DNA from: Camelus dromedarius
Lineage: Eukaryota
Direction of reading: 5' to 3'
NCBI RefSeq assembly: GCF_036321535.1
Contig: NC_087437.1
Coordinates: forward strand, 64,916,001-64,980,000
DNA: 64,000 nt
Made by a program: the position numbers and the translations under genes. Position 1 is the first letter of the stretch. Every line of letters starts with the position of its first letter. Positions 1 to 13,485 of this stretch are shown here, one piece after another. A model generated the notes under the pieces. The model was not told the origin of the DNA, made no database searches, and saw only the letters and a list, made by a program, of their open reading frames with translations.

Positions 1-69
1 GGTAATCTGTTCTTCCCCGATCTCCCATGATACACAGCATGCTTGTTCAGAACTTCGATCTAGAATCAC

Positions 70-225
70 ATGAGAGTCTGGACTCCTGGGTTGTTACCAG
101 CTACGTGACCTGGGCAAGTTACTTAACATCGCTAAGATTCAGTTTTCATTGGTGGAACGTGGGGGATAATAAGAGTGCCTCCTTCCTGAAAGGATTCAAT
201 GAAACAATACATGAGTAGCAGAGTG
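70..225 (+). mobile_element. MIR SINE fragment
   Basis: MIR core motif accagctacgtgacctgggcaagttacttaac...ggggataataag; boundaries approximate. Confidence 0.7.
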
Positions 226-1199
226 TATGATAATGCCCCCCCCCAATATGGTGAGACCTCCCTTAGTAGCGTCTAACAGGATCTCTATCTGATTCAACTT
301 CATTTTCTCAACATTAAATAAGACTATTGGATAAGTTAATAAACAAATAGTTCCAACTCCCTCCTTTCTAACCTTGATCCACTATAGCCCGGGCCCCCAT
401 ATAACTTATTCCTAAGCCACTCCTGCCACAATTATCTCCCCCTTCTCTGAACTTCAGCTGTGCTAACAGAGGGCAGAGGTAGAAACTGGTGGCCTGGTAG
501 TGAGACATGCTGGCATGTAAAAATGCGTCCAGACACTGATGCAGGATATAAGAAACAGGAAATTTCTCCTGTGAGTCTACCTTAGATCGATTCTTATTTT
601 TCATTATATTAAATAATGGTGTGATAAACATTTTTGTGCACAAATCTTTTAACATCTCTCTTACTATTTATCTAGATCCCTTAAGGTGACATTATTAGAG
701 CAAGAGGAGTAAGCATTTTTTATGATAAAGAAAAATAGTTTATATATCTTCTCAAATTAGAAGTGTAAATTTGAATGTTACTCATGATGACTAATGAGCA
801 AAAAAAGCCTTTATAAATAAAAGAAGACATAACAGACATAAAATATTTGAAGTCCAGAAGGCTTAAAAGGGGGTTTCAAGGACAACTTCATGAAGACACT
901 CACATAAGTACCAATTATACGGCAGGATTTCATTTCAATGTTTTTGGCATCTTACCTTATGTAAATATATTTTAGGTGGCTTTTTTGTTTGGTTTTCACC
1001 TTTTTCACCTGCATCGAGCCTGGCCTTTTCTTATCTTTAATTAGGAGGTCTGTTCTAGCAACTTCTGTGTAATAGGTAAGAATCCATTTGCTAGAACTGA
1101 ATCAGAAAAGGCAGAGCCAAAGAAATTTAAGACTTCATTTAAAATATAGGAAATAATAGATTTTAAAGAAAAAAATGTGAAGCCTAAAATATTTCATTT

Positions 1200-1400
1200 T
1201 CACAAGACTTTACATCCATTGTAAATTCTTATAACCTTCATGGCATTGGTAAGTACTAGTAGCCCCATTTTACAGATGGAGGCACTGAGGTTCAGGGAGC
1301 TAGATAGCTTCCCCAAGGTGATACCGCTAATAAGTACAGAGCTACTTATTATTATTATTTGACACCAGTCTGACTGACTCAAACTCTGGCACTGATCCAA
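1200..1400 (-). mobile_element. MIR SINE fragment
   Basis: Antisense MIR core cccattttacagatggaggcactgaggttcag...cccaaggtgatac. Confidence 0.7.
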
Positions 1401-1859
1401 GACACAATACTACCTACAGACAAATGGAAAACTCGCACGCTTCTGTTACAAGAAATATCATCACATTTGATATATTTACCACTAAGCTAAGCACTAAGCA
1501 CTCTCAAGAGAGAAATCCTGCTTACTGATCTCCAGGGTATTTCTAATTTGTGGCATTGTGCCTAGAACAAAGGTGCTGAATGAACTGAAAAAATTACTAA
1601 ATACAGAGAAATAGGCAGTGGGCCAAGTTTGCATGCATAAGCATTTTTAAGACTCTTGATACAGAATCTTAAATTGCTTTCCAGGAAAGTTGAAGTAGTA
1701 TATGAAAGTACCATTCTTCTTGTATACTCTGAGCATTATTATTCCCACCCCCTAAAAAAAACAAGTTGTTAACTTGATAAATCAAAATATCTCATTGGTA
1801 TTTGCACTGGCATTTCTTTAATATTTATCAAAGATGAATATTTTGTGTTTTTTTAATTA

Positions 1860-2905
1860 CATTTTAAACTTTTCATTTTGAAATAATTAAAGATTCAAAG
1901 GAAGTTGGCAAAAAAGTGTACAGGGAGATCCTGTGTACCCTTCACCCAGTTTCCCCCAGTGGTAACTTCTGTGCCTGCTAGTACAATGTCAAAACCTGGA
2001 AATGGACATTGGTTTAATCCACTGAACTTATTCAGATTTCTCCAGTTTTATGTGCACTTGTGTATGTGTGTGTGTGTGTGTGTGTGTAGTTCTATGCAAT
2101 TTTACCACATGTGTAGATTAATGTAACAACTTCCATGATCAAGATACAGAACTGTTCCATCACCACAAGGCTCCCTGGTGCTATCCCTTTGTACCACACA
2201 CCTGTTCCTTTCTCCACACCCCTAACTGTGGCAGCCACTAACTTGCTCTCATCTCTATGACTGTGTTATTTCAAGAATGTCATAAAAATGGAATCACACA
2301 GTGACATTTTGGGATTGGCATTTTCACTTAGCAGAAGTCCCTGGAGATTCATCCGAGTTTTTGTGTGAATCAATAGTTCTCTCCTTTAATTGCTGAGTAG
2401 TATTCCACTGTATACATGTACCACAGTTTGTTTAACCATTTACCCATGGAAGGACATTTTTCCCCCAGTTTTTGAGTACTGGGAATAAAGTTGCTATGAA
2501 CAATCATGTACTGTTTTTTTTCAAGTGAACATAGGTTTTCATTTCTCTGGGATACATGCCCAAGAATGCAATTGCTGGGTTATATGATAAATGTATGTTT
2601 GGTTTTGTAAGAAACTGCCAAACTGTTTTCCAGAGTGGCTGTACTATTTTACATTCCCAATGGCAATGTGTGAGCGATCCAGTTTCTCTGCACCCTGTCA
2701 GCATTTGGTGTTACCATCATTTTCACTTTAGCCATTCTGACTGGGGTGTGGTGATACCTCAGTGTGGTTTTAATTTTAATCCCCATAATGGCTAGTGATG
2801 TTAAACATCTTTTCATGTGCTTATTTATCATCTGTATATCGTCTTTGGGGAAATGTCTTTCTGTCTTTTGCCTATTTTCTAGTTGGATTGTTTGTTTACT
2901 GGTTA
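1860..2905 (-). mobile_element. Ancient L1M (L1MB/MC-type) 3' end: ORF2 C-terminus plus 3'UTR
   Basis: Minus-strand ORFs 2504-2704 ([17 protein letters not shown]...YNPAI) and 2649-2927 resemble degenerate L1 ORF2 C-terminus; T-rich tail at the left end. Confidence 0.85.
2065..2087. repeat. (TG)n microsatellite
   Basis: About 11 perfect TG units, seen directly. Confidence 0.95.
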
Positions 2906-3839
2906 ATCTGATAAATGAAAATATCACGTTGGTGCTTGAATTGGCGTTTCTTCAATGTGTACTGAAAAGAGTATTTTTTGATTATTTACAAATTTTAAAG
3001 TCACTTAATTATTAACTGCACTGCACTGCTTTTGTAATTTCATGGTCATTGGTTACTATTCCCAGTTAGACTATAAAAATCACATGTCAGCGTTTTCTTC
3101 TATATTCTCCATACTGTCTTAAAACTATCAAGTTCTTGATGAAGACGTATTGCTTAGTTGGTTGAAAATAGTCATAAGATGGAGACGATGATCTAGGTTT
3201 ATCTTTTGGGTGGTTATTTATTTCAGGTTTTGCCCCATGGTTACTTCCTGGCTGATACTAATTCATTTACTTAACTAAATGTGCATTCTTTTTTATCTTT
3301 ATTAGATCTTTTAGTAGAGTCAAACCTGATTAATTGATCCCCAACAATATAGAACTGTGATATTTGGGTTGTTTGGCCCACTAATATTCTGAGACTACAG
3401 GAAGCAAATTTTAGACTCATTTTAACTTCAACGCTTTCTAAGAAAATGATTTAATACTTCCCTATTCCAATCCTATTACGTTTTTTCCTGTTTGTTGACA
3501 TGTTACAAGTGATCCTCCAAATTCCACTGGGGTTTGTTTCCTGCTTTACATCATCAGATTCACCACAAATTTCCTCTCTGACTTGAATAACGACTTTCTC
3601 ATGGCTTAACAAGAGAGAGAGGAATCTGTGTCAGTACCAAAACTCTGACATAAAATGACAGCTGCAGCAAGGAAAGGAGACTCTGGGTCTGCTGCCTGAC
3701 TCCAGGGTGTCTCCTTGTGGCTCTTTATGGACAGCAGAGGTGAGTTTAGTCCTGTGAAGAGGTCCCCTTTCATCACTGAGTGTTTTGGGGGAGTGGTCCA
3801 TCTGCTGTCTCAGTTCTCAGCTCTCTGAGGTCTACCCCC

Positions 3840-5400
3840 TCTACTCAGCCTGGAGTGCTCTGCAAAGGTCACCAAGGACTTCTGGCCTGACATTTTCAGT
3901 CATTCTCCTACTTCACCTTTCTGCAGAATTTGACACCATGACTACCCTCTACTTTGTGAAATATTTTTCTCCTGTTAGCTTAGGTGACCTAATCCTTTTT
4001 TTTTTTTTTTTTTTTTGGTTCCTCCCCTACCTCTCTGAGACACTTACTCCACTTATTCAGTTTTTTTTTTTTTTCCTGGCTATATGTGCTCTCGCCAAAG
4101 GATTATGTACACTTACCAAGTGTATTAGTTCATTAGGGCTCTGGCAACCAAGTACCACAAACTGAGTGGTTTAAACAACAGAAATGTAGTGTCTCATAGT
4201 TCTGGAAGCCGGAAGTCCAAAATGAAGGTATCAGCAGTGCTGGTTCCTTCTGAGGACTGTGAGGGAGGCTCCGTCCCAGGCCTCTCCTCGTGGCTTACAG
4301 GTGGCGTCTACTCCATGTCTCTTCACATCATCGTCCCTCTAGCTGTGTTTCTGTAGCCAAATTTCCCCTTCTTTTTACGCATACCAGTCATCTTGGATTA
4401 GGGCCCACCCTGATGACCTCATTTTAGCTTGATTATCTCTGTAAAGACCCTGTCTCCAAATACAGTCACATCCTGAGGCACTGGGGATTAAGACTTCAAC
4501 ATACGATTTTGAGGGGACACAGTCAGTCCTTAACACTCAGTCCCTAAAGTCACTTTTCCTGTGTCTCATGTGCTCAGTGTAGAAGTTTGGTAAAAATGCT
4601 TTGTCTTTCCATGGACATGTCCTCCTCTTTTAAAAATTGAAGTATAGTTGATTTATAATATTAGTTAGTTTCGGGTGCACAGCATCCTTCTCTTACTTGC
4701 ATCTCTTTCCTCCTTTGGTTTCTGTGACATCACTTTTCTCCTGCTTTGCTCCAATCTCTCTAGTCCCTCCTTGGTGTCTGTTGCAGACTCTTCATCCTCA
4801 TCTACCTCCTTAAGTGTCAAAGTTTTCCAGGTTCCATCCTTGGCTTCTTCTCACTCCACTATCCCTTCTCCCCAGTGATATCACCTACAATGAGAATTTC
4901 AACTATCACCTGATGCTGAAGACTCTTATTGCTTACTCCAGCCCATACCTTTCTCTTGAGCTTTAACGCCTGTATATCTTCTTGTCTACTTGGACATCAT
5001 CATCTAGCTGCTCCAAAGGACCTCAAATTCAGCATGTTAAAAAATGAACTCCACTTCTGTCCTTTCTTTTCCCTTGGCCCAAACCCATTCCACTTCCTAT
5101 ATCCCCCATTTTGTGAAGGATGCCACTATGTGCTTAGATTTTTCTCCTTCCAAGCTCCATATCTGTCAAAAACCAAATCCTGTCAATTCTAGTGCTTAAA
5201 CCTCCCAAATGCATCCTCTTCTCTCTGATCCCATTAAAACTGCCCGAGTTTCATGTCCTCAGCACCTCTCCTTGGATTAGTTTCCTATAGTCCTATAGGT
5301 CCAATAGTTTCCTAACTGACTTCCTTGTCACCCCAGATCAGTTCTGCACTCTGCTGCCTGAGGAATTTTTAAAGCAATTTTATCATATTTGTGCTTGTTA
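3840..5400 (+). mobile_element. L2 LINE remnant (RT region), interrupted by MLT1 and a short L1 tail
   Basis: LHLSAEFDT resembles the L2/CR1 RT motif LDLSAAFDT; pyrimidine-rich L2-like sequence continues at 4680-5400. Confidence 0.65.
4121..4535 (-). mobile_element. MaLR solo LTR (MLT1C/D-like)
   Basis: tgtattagtt...agggct...aagtaccacaaactgagtggtttaaacaacagaaat...ggggacacagtcagtccttaaca; TG...CA termini. Confidence 0.85.
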
Positions 5401-6009
5401 ATGATTCCTCAAACTTAGGCTGTGACTTTAGGATAATCATAATAGATGCCTGGGCTCGGGGTGGAGGATGGGGGGTTCCTTGCTCTGGTCTCTCCCAGTC
5501 TCCGCCTAATCCTCTGTTAGTACCACGTGTCAAGCATCTTCTTGCAGCTATACTACAATTCCTCCGTGCACCCTACTTGTTTATTTAACCACTCAGACTT
5601 TGGGTGTTTAAACTATGTTGACCTCATGAAGCTCACAGCTGGTAGTCCAGAAAAGCCTCAGTTGAGTCTCTCAAACATCTTTTCTCTCCTGGGCTAGCTC
5701 TTTGCTCCTGACTTCATCCTTGCATCTAATTTGGCTCTCAGCTTCCTCAGCTTCATCCTCTTTTTCTAGCATTTGGCTTCCCACTGTGATCAGAGTCATT
5801 CCCTGGAAGAGGCTAGTCTTGCGCTTGGGCTCTGCTAGTTCATGTCAGCTTCCCTGGGAGCCCAGCCTCAGGCTGTCTTGGCAGGCTCCGAGGGTATTTA
5901 ATACTTCTGCTGGAAAAAACCTTCCTGAATTCTAGTCTTAGCATTGCCATCAAGTAGCTGTATAATCTCAGACAAATCGCTTCCTTTCTGTTTCTCAATC
6001 CTAACTGAT

Positions 6010-6270
6010 AGCAATAAAAACAACTAATAATAATTACTGAGTACTTATCAAACCAATGTTGTAAGCACTTTACATGAATTATCTCATTAAAATCTCATAA
6101 CCACCTATGACACATCAAAATTACCCCCATTGTACAACTAAGAAACTAAGAATTTCAGTGGTTAAGCAATTGATCCGAGGTCACAAAGCTAGAAAGTGGG
6201 AGAAGCTGGGATGCAAACCCCAGCACTCTGGTTCGTCGGTTTGGCCGTTTAACCCCTGCACTGTTCTTCC
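6010..6270 (-). mobile_element. MIR SINE (near full length)
   Basis: Antisense MIR: tactgagtactta...aagcactttacatg...aaggtcaca-like...gctgggatgcaaacccc. Confidence 0.75.
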
Positions 6271-7369
6271 TTTCACCATGCAGCTCACTCTAGAGCTGTA
6301 CAATCCATTTGTAAAATAAGGAAATGAGTGCTCTGGTCTCTTCCACACAGAACTGTCTATGAAAACAGGCCTGTCAGGATCTAGTGAGTTATGGGTAGAA
6401 TGAGTATATTTTGAAGAGAAGTCAAGAGACAAAAAAGTTAAACACAAAGGGCCAAAGCTCAAACAATGGAATTCCACAAATTATGAGTGATCATGTACCA
6501 GTATACAGCTGTCCACTTTTCTGAGAGAAGCAGCTACTGGTTTCTTTTTCTTAAATACCTAGTTTTATTTTTCTGCCTGCAGATGTGATCCAAGTTCAAA
6601 AGCACAAAATAGAAGATAAAAATATCTGTATTTTTGATAAGCATCATGTGTACACAAGTATCATGTATAAAAGAAGTAGAACTGTACAGCCTGCTTTTTG
6701 TCTTAAGCTAAACACATTAAGAATTGCTCCACAATAGAATTTTTAATGATTGAATGGTATTCCATTAAAGATGTTCCGTAGTTAACCAACTACTTATGTT
6801 TAGACATTTAAGTTGTGTCTAAGATTTTCCCTAGGAGAAACAATGGGAAGGAAACTATCCATGTCACTAAAACTTTACAAACATATATGATTATGCCCTT
6901 ATAATGATGAGACTAAACACTATTGGCCATTTATATTTTAAAGTTTCCTGTTCATGATCAATTTTTGGGCCCCATGAAACAGAATCTTAACAAGAACAAT
7001 GTAAGCAGTGGCCTGTGGCTCTATAGGTATCTGCACGCAGTGTTAGCGTAGTTAAGGGGTACCATTTCTATGGAGCCACAAAAATGATACATTCTGAAAT
7101 TGACTTCTTCAGACAGAGGTAACATTTCAAAATTCCACTGGAAGGAGAAGGAATCTTTACTTGGAAATTAAATTCTAAGCTTCTCCAATAAAAGCAGCAA
7201 AGCTGTTTCCCAAACCAGTAAGCACTGGACAGATGTGGGTTATGTAGATTTTCAAAGAACAATAATAAATAACGAGTGACCCTAGCTACCATCACCCAAG
7301 AGAAGGGTGTAAGGCACTCTAGGCCTGCCAGGGCACGGAGAAAGCTTGCAGTGCAGGGCAGAGCAGAAA

Positions 7370-7560
7370 GATTTTAGCTTTACTCCCTATGACTAGTGTG
7401 ACCTTTAGCTAATTATTTAGCCACTTTAAGCCACAGTTATCTCTCTGTAAAACACAATGATGATACCATCTATCCAAGAATCACTGCAAAGATTAACATT
7501 CAGTGAAATCACACTTGTAAAGTCCGCAGCACGGAGTGCGTGTTCAATACCCCGTAGCTA
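7370..7560 (+). mobile_element. MIR SINE fragment
   Basis: actagtgtgaccttt...ttatctctctgtaaaa...aatgatgatacc. Confidence 0.55.
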
Positions 7561-8235
7561 ATTGGATTACTCTGCTTCCTTCTACTGCCTCACCCTGCTC
7601 AGAATTTCCCATGGCCTGTCTGTGGCCTGTTATCTAGGTTCTGCGTTTTCTTCTTACACCTCTTATTCCTCTTCCTTTTCCTTGGCCTCTCTCCTTCCAC
7701 CTTCTCTCTCTCATTCCCCGCACCCCGGGCCAAACTGTCCTTGGTGTACACTGAATTTGCTCCTTATCATTCGTTATACTTACACAGACATTTAAAAATT
7801 TCCTGATTCTTGAAATTAATAATTGCAACATTTAAATATTTGGAAAGCAAGTTTAAAAAAATCAAAATGAATCACCTAAAGAACCCCAACAACCAGTAAA
7901 CATTTTGACACCTCAGATAATTCTCACCTTTAACCAGTAGTCAAATGTCTTTGGTGGGAATGTTTCAAAAAGGTCCCCTGCCTTGAAGGTCAAGCTAGAG
8001 TGTTGGAGCAAGAAGGGGAGAACAGCTTCAAGACTTTAGCTAACCTTCCACAGCATAGACCCCTTTCTCCTAGGTGTTCTCCCTTTGGGCTCCCGTGTAA
8101 ACATGCCCCTAGTAAATAATTACCATTCTTGGGCAGGAAGGACAGAAAACAGAGCACCATCCTCAACCTCAGCCTAACGCTGAGGTCACTTGACTCATAA
8201 CTGCCTTTCAAAAAACACGAATAATGATCACTTAC

Positions 8236-8249
8236 CATCCGAGAGCCAT
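8236..8249 (-). CDS. CD86: CD86 (B7-2) coding part of exon 1: ATG GCT CTC GGA TG|gtaagt (M-A-L-G-[C])
   Basis: 14-nt coding mini-exon ending in a perfect GTAAGT donor, the same layout as human CD86 (ATGGATCCCCAGTG|gt). Upstream sequence resembles the human CD86 5'UTR. The head-to-head position relative to ILDR1 matches known synteny. Remaining exons lie left of the window. Confidence 0.85.
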
Positions 8250-8381
8250 CTTCACTGTTCCTGCTGTAGGGGTAACGTCTGGGAATGACCCTGCTTGTCT
8301 GTCCGTCTGTGCTGGTCCACGTTACAGTGGAAGGAGGAGCAACCCCTCCTACGCCTGTGAAAGCCTTCCTCCTCAATGACT
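8250..8381 (-). other. CD86: CD86 exon 1 5'UTR (TSS approximate)
   Basis: Minus strand reads AGTCATTGAGGAGGAAGGCTTTCACAGG...CTGTAAC...AGCACAGAC...GGGTCATTCCCAGA...ACAGCAGGAACAG, collinear with my recollection of the human CD86 mRNA 5' end. Confidence 0.8.
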
Positions 8382-8600
8382 GTATACTCTGTAACTTTCT
8401 TTATTAAAGGCTGTTCCTCTTTTTTTTTTTCTACAGATTTTGCCAACACTTGTGGAAGAAATTTAACCCTTTTCTTGCATTTGAATTTGTTGACCTAGGT
8501 CTAAATATATTTAAAAAATAATTCAGTGACTTGAGTCCCAGACATGACATTAAAAGGAGGCTGACTAAAAATTCCCACCTCTTGAAATTCCCTCAGAAAA
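8382..8600 (-). promoter_or_regulatory. CD86: CD86 proximal promoter
   Basis: AT-rich TTTAATAAA about 20-28 nt upstream of the inferred TSS; PU.1-type AAAAGAGGAA (about 8414-8423); kB-like GGGAATTTCA (8583-8592). Confidence 0.6.
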
Positions 8601-8744
8601 CCTAGAAAATAAGATAATTAAAAAGAGAAAAAAAAAAAACACAAACAAAACTCCGCATCTATAAGATAGAGTAAAAGAACATTCCACAGATTTTGGTAGG
8701 AAAATTAAAAGTATGTTTTTCTTCATGAAATGTTATTTTAATTT

Positions 8745-8936
8745 TTTAAAGATTGATGTTATTTTTAGAGCAGTTTTAGATTCATAACAAAATTGAAGAG
8801 AAACGTGGAGCGTTCCCATGTACTCCCTGCCCCCCACACATGCACAGCCTTCCCTACTATCAAGATCTCACACCAGAGTGGTACATTTGTTCCAAAAGAT
8901 GAACCTACACTGACACATCATCACCCAAAGTCCATA
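8745..8936 (-). mobile_element. L1MC1-like 3' end fragment
   Basis: ttttttagagcagttttag...cccccacacatgcacagcc...caccagagtggtacatttgtt...gatgaacctacactgacacatcatcacccaaagtccata. Confidence 0.8.
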
Positions 8937-9867
8937 AAAAGTGTGATTTATTATGGGTGTGGATTGGAAGTGGGTAGCCTCCCCCTGTGATTTCTACCAC
9001 TAAGATGATGGAAGATTTTACTGAACTTCATCAGCAAGAAGATGTCCACCTAACAAGAGCTGCATAACCAAGGAGGGCAAACAAAAACTAGCTGCTTTTG
9101 TTATTTCATTCCTACTATAGTCCAAGATTAAATTGTCAAAGAGAAGATTCCTAAAATAAAGATCTGAAAAAACAGCAGTATCCTAAAATTAAAAGATGTA
9201 CTTGAAAGAGAAGCATGAAATCCATCAAGTGGAAACTATTACCAGAAGCAATTTCTGCATATGAACTAAAAAGGCACTCAAAAGGTTCAGATTGTCAAAA
9301 AAATTTCTTTAAGAAAATAGATTTTCATCCAGATAAAAAACATTGTGAGCATTTTAAACTCCAAAGACAAAGAAAACTTGAAAAAGAAATTTAAACTAGG
9401 CTGACTACAGAGAGAGCTAAACTGACTTGGCCTCTTAATCAACCCTAAATGTCAGAAAATCACAGAACAATATTCATTAAGTTTGGAGATAGCATTCTCT
9501 ACCAAGATAAGTTGCCAGTTATGTGTGAAGTCAATAGAATATATTACCAAGCAGACAGAAAAACAACAATAACAAAAATACCACCACTAAGATAACCTTT
9601 CTAAATAAAGTACTTAAAAGACATGTTCCAGAATATTTAGAAATGAATTAAAATTGAAATTCTAATAATGGAAAAGCTATGACTGAAGAAAGAAATAAAA
9701 TAAAAAGGCTATGAAGGAAGAAAGAAAAAAATGAAAGCCAGCTAAAATGTAAAGATAAGACTAAAAAAAAGTTGTAAATTAGTTTAGAAGATCAGAATGT
9801 TAAGAAAGAATTATTAGAAATAGACTACCTGTATTATTTTTAATGAAGTTTAAAAATAACAAATGAT

Positions 9868-12800
9868 AGGATTCTGAAAAGATTGCAGAGTAGGAAGCAC
9901 CAGGAATCTGTCTCACTAGACAACTATTGCACTGGCAGAATGTGTCTGATGTACTATTTTGGAACTCTGTAGTCTATTGAAGTCTTTCAATTTCCATAGG
10001 AAGGCTTGGACTATAAAATGTGGTTAATTTCAGTCAATTTCAACTCTTGGAAGAGGAGCAGCTGCCCATCTCCCACTCCCAGGTCCACTGCAGGTAGTTG
10101 TGCACAAGTTCCTGGAGCAGCTGCATACAGCTTGCATGATTCAGGGTGGACAAAATAACCCTGTATTCCAAATATTTGGGATCTAAATTCTGATCCCTGA
10201 CTGCTGCTTCTGATAGGAAAGTGCAGACAAAGAGATGAGAAGCCATTGTTGTTGCACCTGCCCCCATTGTTGAAAGTTCCTCCCCTGCCAGTGAAAGTGA
10301 CTTAGAGGGGATTTAAAGGGCTGGAGCCCTTCCTCTGCCTTTATTTTTCTCTTCCCCCACTTTGTAGAGCCAGGCATTAAAGACTAGGAAGTTCAAAAGC
10401 AATAGTGTATGGGGGAAATTAGAAAGTGACCATGCATGCCTAGAGAAAGGCATAGACTCACAAAAGACCTGAGAAAATCCTAAGTTTATACCTCAGTCTG
10501 ATCCTTGGCACAGAGATAGCCTACAACAATCTAAAAACCAAAAAGAATAATGAAAAGCAAACACTGGGAAAGGTGGATAATCTGATTTCCAGAGTTACCA
10601 CATTATTAGATTTAAATGTCCAGTTTCAACAGAAAACAATCACAATGTATATAATGAAATGGAAAGTATGGCCCACTCAAAGGAAACAAAAAATCGACAG
10701 AAACTGGTCTTGATAAAGACTTGATGGCAGATCTGCAAGACAAAGACTTTAGAACAACTATCTTAAAGATGCTTAAAGAACCAAAAGAAGCTGTGAAGAA
10801 AGTCAATAAAATGATGGATGAACAAAATGGAAATATCAATAAAAGAGATAGGAAACCTAGAAAAAAACCAAAACAATTATAGAGCTGAAAAGTACAATAA
10901 CTGAAATGAAAAATTCACTAGAAGGAATCAAAGGAAAATTTGAGCAAAGAATCAGTGAACTTGAAGATAAAACGAAAGTAATTATCAAGATGAGATACAG
11001 GAAGAAAAAAATGAAGAAAAATGATCAGAGCCTAAAGTACCTATGGAACATCATCAAATCAACCAACATATTCATTATAGGACTCCAAGAAGGAGAAGAG
11101 AGGGAGAAAGGGCAGAAAACCTTTACAAATTTGATGAAAGACATGAATATAAACATTTAAGCAGCTTAACAATCTCTAAGTAAGATGAACTCAAAGAGAC
11201 CTACCCTGAGACATATGATGAAACTTCTGAAAGCTAAATACAAAGAGAGATTCTTCAAAGCATCTTATGAGAATCACTTGTCATATACAAGGGATCCTCA
11301 ATTAGATTATCACCATATTTCTTGTTAGAAACTTTGGAGGCCAGAAGGCCATGGGCCAATATAGTCAAAGTGCTAAAAGGAAAAAAAAAAAAAAAAAAAA
11401 ACCACACAGTCAACCAACAATCCTATGTATGGAAAAACTATCTTTCAGAGGTGAGGGAGAAATTTAGTTATTCCCAGGTAAACGAAAGCTGAGAGACTTG
11501 GTTACTACTAGATTTTCTCTTCAAGAAATGCTTAAGGGAGTCCTGCAGGATGAAATGAAAGCAAACTAGATAGTAACTCAAAGCCATGTAAAGAAATAAA
11601 GATGTCAATAAAGGTAAATACATGGGCAATTCTAAAAGCTGGTATTATTTTAACTTTGGTTTGTAATTCTACATTTTGTTTTCTATGTAATTGAAGAGAC
11701 TAATACATTTAAAAGACTTATTAGTTTATGTTTTGGGGCACACAATGAATAAAGATGCAATTTTGTACTGTCAACAACTGAGTAGGGGTGGTTACACAGC
11801 TATAAAGGAACAGAGTTTCTGTATATTACTAAAGTTAACCAAATTAATTCAAATTAAAATACTACAACTTTAGGATGTCTAAATGTAATCCCCATGGTAA
11901 CCACAAAGAAAGCAGCTACAGAATATATATAAGGACATAAGAAAGGACTTTAAACATTTCACTACAAAAAAAAAATCAACTAAAGGCAAAAGAAGACTAA
12001 TATAGGAAATGAGAGACAAAAAAAAAATCTATGAGGTAGATAGAAAACAGATACCAAAATGATGAAAGTAAGTCTCCTTATCAATAGTTACTGATAGTTG
12101 GAGACTTCATTAGACCACTCTCAATAATGGATAGAACAACCAAACAGAAGATAAGTAAGGAAATAGAGGACAAAACAGACCAACTAGATCTAACAGACGT
12201 ACACAGAACACTTGGCCCAACAATAACAGCATACATCTTCTTTTCAAGTACACATAAGACATTTTCCAGGATAGACAATAAGTTAGGCCACAAATTAACT
12301 TTCAATAGATTTTAAAAGGTAGACATCATACAGAGTATCTTCTCAGACCACAACAAGAAGTTAGAAATCAATAACAGAGACAAAACTAGAAAATTCACAA
12401 ATTTGTGGAAATTAAGCAACATAATCTTAAGCAACCAATGAATCAGAGGAGAAATCACAAAGGATATTAGAAAATACTTTGAGATGAATGAAAACGAAAA
12501 CACAACACCAAAACTTGTAAGACACAGTGAAACTAGGTCTTATAGCTATAAACACTGACATAAAAAAAAAACAATGAAAATCTCAAATTGACAATGTAAG
12601 GGACTAGAAACTTTACAACATAAGAAACTAGAAAAAGAAGAACAAACTAAATCCAAAGATAGCAGAAGGAAGGAAATAATAAAGATTAAAAAAGAAATAA
12701 ATGAAATAAAGAATAGAAAAGCAATAGAGAAACAAATCAAAAATTGGTTCCTTTTTAAAGATAAAAAAATTGACAAAAATTTAGCTAGATGGATTCAGAA

Positions 12801-12985
12801 AAAAAGAAGACTCAAATTACTAAAATCAGAGGTGATGAATGGGTCAAAGAAGAAATAAAAAAAGAGATCAAAAAGAATCTTGAGATAGACAAATGAAAAC
12901 ACAAAATACTGAAACTTATGAGATGCAGCAAGTGCAGTTCTAAGAGGGAAGTTTATAGCAATAAATGTCTATGTTAAGAAAGAAA
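9868..12985 (+). mobile_element. Ancient L1 (L1MD/L1M4-like): 5'UTR, degenerate ORF1 and start of ORF2
   Basis: 5' end agagtaggaagcaccaggaatctg; ORF1-like MKNSLEGIKGKFEQRISELEDK; endonuclease-like LDLTDVHRTL...YIFFSSTHKTFSRIDNKLGHK; many stops. Confidence 0.85.
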
Positions 12986-13184
12986 AGAAGTTCCTTAACT
13001 GAATCTTTTAAGAACTTACAAGTAAATTTTATAATTGTGGTATTTTTGTCATCTATTTTACTTTTATTCATGCTTTAAACACAGTACATTATTATTTTGC
13101 TTTACACAGTTATTTCTAGCACATTAAATTTAAGGGAAAAATATTTTTTTCTTTCATTTATTCCATTTCAAATTTTTTTATGTA

Positions 13185-13485
13185 CAGCCATACCTAATTT
13201 TATTGTGCCTTGATCTATTGCACTTCAGGAATAGTGTGGGGTTTTTGCAAAATTAATGTTTGTGGCAACTCAGAGTTGGCAGATAATGGTTAGCAGTTTT
13301 CAGCAATAAAGTATTTTTTAAGGTATGTACATTATTTTTTAAGACATAATGCTATTTGACACTTAATAGGCCAAGTATAGTGTAAACATAACTTTTATAT
13401 GCCCTGGGAAACCAAAAAATCTTATGTGACTCACTTTGTTGAGGTGGTTTGGAACCAAACCAGCAGTAGCTCTAAGGTATGCCTG
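13185..13485 (+). mobile_element. Tigger1-derived non-autonomous DNA transposon (MITE)
   Basis: Terminal inverted repeats CAGCCATACCT...AGGTATGCCTG flanked by TA on both sides; internal Tigger1-like end sequences. Confidence 0.85.

Noticed and set aside
1..8235. Further CD86 coding exons or alternative first exons
   Set aside because: No Ig-domain or signal-peptide exon recognisable on the minus strand; the region reads as repeat-rich intron, though non-coding alternative exons cannot be excluded
7990..8449. 128-aa and 65-aa minus-strand ORFs over CD86 exon 1
   Set aside because: They appear to begin at non-ATG codons and read through the UTR and splice donor; only the 14-nt coding segment fits the CD86 structure
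10906..12315. L1 ORF1- and endonuclease-like ORFs as host genes
   Set aside because: Short degenerate remnants of an ancient L1
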